NCBI GenBank assembly: GCA_039715185.1
Contig: JBDLIA010000004.1
Coordinates: forward strand, 4,503-68,502
DNA: 64,000 bases
Reading direction: 5' to 3'
Origin: Gemmatimonadota bacterium
GTDB lineage: Bacteria > Gemmatimonadota > Gemmatimonadetes > Longimicrobiales > RSA9
The position numbers were made by a program, and so were the translations under genes. This document shows positions 60,122 through 64,000 of this stretch, piece after piece. The notes below the pieces were generated by a model. The model did no database searches and was not told where the DNA came from. It saw only the letters and a program-made list of their open reading frames with translations. Each line of letters opens with the position of its first letter. Within the stretch, counting starts at the first letter, position 1.

Positions 60122-60478
60122 ATGGGTCGCGTCACGAGCGCGGTGCAGAGGCACCGCAAGAAGAAGCGGTATTTCAAGGCCGCCAAGGGCTATTGGGGGG
60201 CACGATCCAAGCTCTGGCGGATCGCCAAGAACGCGGTGGAGCGCGGCTGGCAGTACAGCTACCGGGATCGCAAGCAGCGCAAGCGGGTGTTTCGGCGGCT
60301 CTGGATCACGCGCATCAACGCGGCCGCACGCGAGCACGACATGAGCTATTCGCGCTTCATGAATGGGCTCAAGCACTCCGGCATCGAGATCAATCGCAAG
60401 GTTCTGGCTGACCTGGCAGTACGGCAGCCGGATGCCTTTGCCGAGCTCGTGGGTCGAGCCCGGGCCGGGTTGGAGTAA
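60122..60478 (+). CDS. rplT: 50S ribosomal protein L20
   Basis: 118 aa with KKKRYFKAAKGYWGARSKLWRIAKNAVERGWQYSYRDRKQRKR. Confidence 0.95.
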   Translation: MGRVTSAVQRHRKKKRYFKAAKGYWGARSKLWRIAKNAVERGWQYSYRDRKQRKRVFRRLWITRINAAAREHDMSYSRFMNGLKHSGIEINRKVLADLAVRQPDAFAELVGRARAGLE

Positions 60479-60550
60479 CGATCGTGGCACGGGCCGGGGC
60501 AACTCGGCCCGTTGCGCATCCAGGACCCACGAGCGAACGGCGGTGGGGTC

Positions 60551-61579
60551 GTGCAAACGGAAACCGTAGCACAGCTCGAGGAAATGCTGGCGGCGGCGCA
60601 GGCGGAGGCAGCCGGGGCGTCCGGCGTCGATGACCTGGAAGCCGTCCGCGTCCGGTGGTTGGGGCGCAAGGAAGGCCGGCTGACGGCCGTTCTTCGGGGC
60701 CTCAGCTCGCTCCCGGCCGAGCAGCGGGGCGCCGTCGGCGCGGCCGCCAATCGCGCCAAGCAGGTGCTCTCGGAGGCCCTGGACCAGCGCGTGGCGTCGC
60801 TGCGGGCGGAGCCCGCCGCCGAGGGCGGGCTCGACCTGTCCATGCCCGGACGGCGCGAGTGGCGCGGCGGCGTCCACCCCGTCACGGTCGTGATCGACGA
60901 GATCTGCGACATCTTTCGCGGCCTGGGCTTCACCCGCGCCCGCGGTCCGGAAGTGGAGACCGACTGGCACAACTTCGTCGCGCTGAATACGCCGCTGGAC
61001 CATCCCGCCGCGGACGAGCACGACACGATGTGGCTGGGGCCGCACACGCTGCTGCGCAGTCACACCTCGCCGGTGCAGATCCGCACCATGCAGGCCTACG
61101 AGCCGCCGGTGCGGATCGTGGTGCCCGGAATGGCCTACCGACGCGACCCCTTCGACGCTTCCCACGCCCCCGCCTTCGAGCAGATCGAGGGCCTGGCGGT
61201 CGACGAGGGGATCACGTTCGTGGAGTTCAAGTGGACGCTGGCCGAATTCGCGAGGCAGTTCTTCGGCGCGGACACCAGGACTCGCTTCCGGCCCTCCTAC
61301 TTCCCGTTCACGGAGCCGAGCGCGGAAGTGGACGTCACCTGCATGATCTGCGACGCCCAGGGTTGTAGCGCCTGCAAGGGCACCGGCTGGATAGAGATCA
61401 TGGGCGCGGGCATGGTCGACCCGGCGGTGTTCGAGCGGGTCGGCTACGACCCGGAGCGCTACACGGGATTCGCCTTCGGCATGGGGCCGGCGCGGATCGC
61501 CATGCTGAGATACGGGGTCCCCGACATCCGCATATTCTACGACTCGGACATCCGCTTCCTGGAGCAGTTCGCCCGATGA
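60551..61579 (+). CDS. pheS: phenylalanyl-tRNA synthetase alpha subunit
   Basis: GTG 60551 is preferred over TTG 60512. Motifs are HPVT, FRGLGF, LLRSHTSPVQIR, PGMAYRRD and FPFTEPSAEVD, with GWIEIMGAGMVDP. Confidence 0.9.
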   Translation: MQTETVAQLEEMLAAAQAEAAGASGVDDLEAVRVRWLGRKEGRLTAVLRGLSSLPAEQRGAVGAAANRAKQVLSEALDQRVASLRAEPAAEGGLDLSMPGRREWRGGVHPVTVVIDEICDIFRGLGFTRARGPEVETDWHNFVALNTPLDHPAADEHDTMWLGPHTLLRSHTSPVQIRTMQAYEPPVRIVVPGMAYRRDPFDASHAPAFEQIEGLAVDEGITFVEFKWTLAEFARQFFGADTRTRFRPSYFPFTEPSAEVDVTCMICDAQGCSACKGTGWIEIMGAGMVDPAVFERVGYDPERYTGFAFGMGPARIAMLRYGVPDIRIFYDSDIRFLEQFAR

Positions 61580-64000
61580 ACGTCAGCTACCAGTGGCTGC
61601 GCGAGATCGCTCCCGGGCTCGAGGGCGACGCGGTGGAGGTCGCCGATCGACTGGCAGCCCTCGGCGCCCCCGCCGACGCCGTGACCGCCGTCGGTGCTGC
61701 GCTGGGCGACGTGGTCGTGGGGCGCGTCCTGGAGGTGGCCAAGCACCCCAACGCCGACCGCCTGACGCTGTGCCGGGTGGACGCCGGTGGAGAGGCTCCG
61801 GTGAACGTGGTGTGCGGCGCCCCGAACGTGCAGGCCGGGGCGTTCTACCCCTTCATCCCGGTCGGGGGCGTGCTGCCGGGAGGGGTCAAGATTCGCAAGG
61901 CGAAGATCCGGGGCGAGGTCAGCGCAGGGATGCTGTGCAGCGCCCGCGAACTCGAGCTGGGACACGATCACATGGGCATCCTGCGGCTGGGCGACGCCCA
62001 CGAGCCGGGCGCCCCCTTCGTGGACGCCGCGGGCCTCGATGACACGCGCCTGGAGCTGGACATCACCGCGGACCGCCCAGACCTGCTGTGCCACATGGGC
62101 GTCGCGCGCGCCCTCGAGGGCGTGACTGGCGTGCGCATTCCGCCCATTCCCGGTACCGACGTGGCGACCTCGACCGATCCCGCCATGGCTTCGGCCGGAG
62201 CGCAGGCGGAGGCGGCCGGCGCGCGCATCGAGATCGAGGATACCGAGGCGTGCATGCGCTTCCTTGGCACTGTGATCGAGGGCGTGCGAGTCGGCCCCTC
62301 GCCCGAATGGCTGGAGATGCGTCTGCGAGCGGTCGGGCTGCGCCCGATCAACAACGTGGTGGACGTCACCAACTTCGTGAACCACGAGTTGGGCAGGCCC
62401 ATGCACGCCTACGACCTGGACCGCGTGCGGGGCAGGAGAATCGGCGTGCGCTGGGGCGCCGCGGGCGAGAAGGTCGTTACGCTCGATGGAGAAGAACGAA
62501 AGCTGAGCGAAGGCATGCTGGTGATCGCCGACGCCGAAGGACCGATCGGCCTGGCCGGCGTGATGGGCGGCCTCGACTCGGAGGTGTCCGACGCCACCAC
62601 GACGGTCTTCCTCGAGCTGGCCCACTTCGATCCGAAGTCGGTGCGGGCGACGCGCAGGGCGGCGGGACTCACCACGGACGCCAGCTTCCGCTTCGAGCGC
62701 GGCGTCGATCCCGACGCCGCGGAGCCGGCGCTGCGCCGCGCCTTGGCCATGATAGTAGAGCTGACCGGGGGTCAGGTGGTGGGCGACATCGGCGACGCCC
62801 ACCCCGCGCCCAGCGTCGCCCACGAGGTGACGCTGCGGACCGACCGGGTGCGGCACCTGCTGGGCGTGCCGCTGACGACCGAGCGGGTGCGCGAGCTGCT
62901 TGCGCCCATCGGACTCGAGGTCGTCGACGCCGACGCCGACGCGACCACCTATCGCGTGCCCGGACACCGACTGACCGACCTCACGCGGGAGGTGGATCTG
63001 ATAGAGGAGGTGGCGAGGCACGCGGGCTACGACAGCTTCCCGGAGGAGCGGCTGCCGATCCGTCCGAGCGCGGTTCCCGACGCCCCGCTGTCCGTGCTCG
63101 AAGGCAGGCTGCGCGAGCGCTGGGTGGGCCGCGGCTTCCTCGAGGCGCGTACCGCGGCGTTCGCCCCCGAAGAGGAAGGCGACGTCGCGCTGCTCAATCC
63201 GCTGTCCAGCGAAGAGAGTCGGCTGCGCCGCTCGCTCGTGCCCGGACTGATCCGGCGGCTGCGGTTCAACCAGGCGCGCGGCGCGCGCGACGTGCGGTTG
63301 TTCGAGATCGGCACGGGCTTCGCCGCCGCGCTCTCGGAGGACGACATGCCCCGCGAGACGACGCGCCTCGCGGCGGCGTTCACCGGTGCACGACGCGCGC
63401 CGCACTGGGAGTCGCCGGTGCCCGAATGGGACGTGTGGGACGCGCGCGGGCTGCTGGAGGACATGGCTGACGCGCTGGAGCTGTCCGCCTCGGTCGTCGG
63501 CTGGAGCGCCGCCGCGCCGCGCACCGATATAGGCGCGTCTCTCGGAGGGACGGGGCTAGACGCGCCGAGCGCGCTCCGCCTGATCGACGCGGAGGGAGCG
63601 ATCGTGGGGGTCGCCGGTCCCGTCGCCGCCGCGGTGGCCGACGCGCCGCCCTGGTCGGCGCCCTGGTGGGCGCTCGAGGTGCTGCTGCCGAGCGACCCCG
63701 ACCTGAGCGATCGCCGGCGCTTGATCCCGCTACCCGCCCAGCCGGCGGTCGAGAGAGACCTCGCCCTGGCGACCCCGATAGAGATGCCCGCCGCGGAGGT
63801 CGATCGCGGCATTCGGGCGGCCGCCAGCGAGCTGCTGGTGGGGCTGACCCTGTTCGACGTCTACGTGGGACCCGGCGTGGACGCGGGCCGACGCAGTCTC
63901 GCCTTCCGGTTGCGGTTTCAGGCGCCGGACCGCACGCTGACCGACAGTGAGGTCGACGCGGAGGTGGCGAGGGTACTGGATCGCCTGGCGGAGGAGCTCG
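61576..64000 (+). CDS. pheT: phenylalanyl-tRNA synthetase beta subunit (3' end beyond the window)
   Basis: ATG 61576 overlaps the pheS stop (ATGA). The product MNVSYQWLREIAPGLEGD... has a tRNA-binding OB domain (VVGRVLEVAKHPNADRLTLCRV). The frame stays open to 64000 and ends in the FDX-ACB-like RSLAFRLRFQAPDRTLTDSEVDAEVARVL. It is not in the ORF track because no stop lies in the window. Confidence 0.9.
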   Translation, partial: MNVSYQWLREIAPGLEGDAVEVADRLAALGAPADAVTAVGAALGDVVVGRVLEVAKHPNADRLTLCRVDAGGEAPVNVVCGAPNVQAGAFYPFIPVGGVLPGGVKIRKAKIRGEVSAGMLCSARELELGHDHMGILRLGDAHEPGAPFVDAAGLDDTRLELDITADRPDLLCHMGVARALEGVTGVRIPPIPGTDVATSTDPAMASAGAQAEAAGARIEIEDTEACMRFLGTVIEGVRVGPSPEWLEMRLRAVGLRPINNVVDVTNFVNHELGRPMHAYDLDRVRGRRIGVRWGAAGEKVVTLDGEERKLSEGMLVIADAEGPIGLAGVMGGLDSEVSDATTTVFLELAHFDPKSVRATRRAAGLTTDASFRFERGVDPDAAEPALRRALAMIVELTGGQVVGDIGDAHPAPSVAHEVTLRTDRVRHLLGVPLTTERVRELLAPIGLEVVDADADATTYRVPGHRLTDLTREVDLIEEVARHAGYDSFPEERLPIRPSAVPDAPLSVLEGRLRERWVGRGFLEARTAAFAPEEEGDVALLNPLSSEESRLRRSLVPGLIRRLRFNQARGARDVRLFEIGTGFAAALSEDDMPRETTRLAAAFTGARRAPHWESPVPEWDVWDARGLLEDMADALELSASVVGWSAAAPRTDIGASLGGTGLDAPSALRLIDAEGAIVGVAGPVAAAVADAPPWSAPWWALEVLLPSDPDLSDRRRLIPLPAQPAVERDLALATPIEMPAAEVDRGIRAAASELLVGLTLFDVYVGPGVDAGRRSLAFRLRFQAPDRTLTDSEVDAEVARVLDRLAEEL

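Noticed and set aside
59570-61165. A 531-aa - strand ORF antisense to infC, rpmI, rplT and pheS
   Set aside because: It crosses four well-defined genes on the other strand.
61537-63405. A 622-aa - strand ORF, and + strand ORFs 61593..62042 and 62088..63470
   Set aside because: All lie within pheT, whose true frame (ATG 61576, open to the window end) is missing from the track only because it has no stop in the window. These alternatives give Arg/Gly-rich nonsense.

Overview
This is a 64-kb, roughly 70% GC stretch of bacterial chromosome that looks like core genome rather than an accessory island. The gene content (Bat/MoxR operon, paralog-type 6-bladed beta-propeller lipoprotein, bshA) suggests a Gemmatimonadota-like or other FCB-group organism, but that is only a guess. 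I call 56 protein-coding genes, plus one pseudogene fragment and one speculative uORF, and 2 tRNAs (Gln-CUG and Met/Ile2-CAU). About 50 genes lie on the + strand, and many adjacent pairs are joined by 1-4 nt start/stop overlaps (ATGA, GTGA, TGATG).

Gene order along the window:
- a four-gene RND efflux operon (adaptor, TolC-like channel, two tandem RND pumps) followed by a YVTN beta-propeller lipoprotein and a Yip1 membrane protein
- gltX, tRNA-Gln, a lexA-like gene, tadA and a 2-hydroxyacid dehydrogenase
- nhaC (- strand)
- pyrR-pyrB-pyrC plus a YhaM-like OB/HD nuclease
- rpsT (- strand)
- an M50 protease, scpA, scpB, rluB and an uncharacterised 552-aa Rossmann protein
- a seven-gene MoxR/DUF58/vWA 'Bat' operon
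- upp and tRNA-Met, followed by about 600 bp of lower-GC DNA that looks like a degraded element
- a beta-propeller lipoprotein (- strand) and a PQQ-type sugar dehydrogenase
- secD, secF, tatD, a DUF47 gene, pit, mutL, miaA, bshA, uppP, birA and coaX
- a CIRCE-controlled groES-groEL
- a lipoprotein and a DUF885 gene (- strand), then a metzincin-type protease
- thrS, infC, rpmI, rplT, pheS and pheT (pheT runs off the 3' end)

No CRISPR array, transposase, integrase or rRNA was seen.

The observations most worth follow-up are:
- terminator-containing leaders in front of thrS (with a possible leaderless uORF) and in front of infC (L20-leader-like position)
- an apparent ATC start for infC
- a LexA-like protein with a non-canonical cleavage site and an Arg in place of the catalytic Lys
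- the tRNA-Met-flanked remnant with a truncated RHH antitoxin
- the uncharacterised 552-aa protein
- the fused BatD-BatE protein

Long antisense ORFs (up to 1199 aa) are treated as high-GC artefacts. All functional calls rest on motif recognition by eye. No database search was run.
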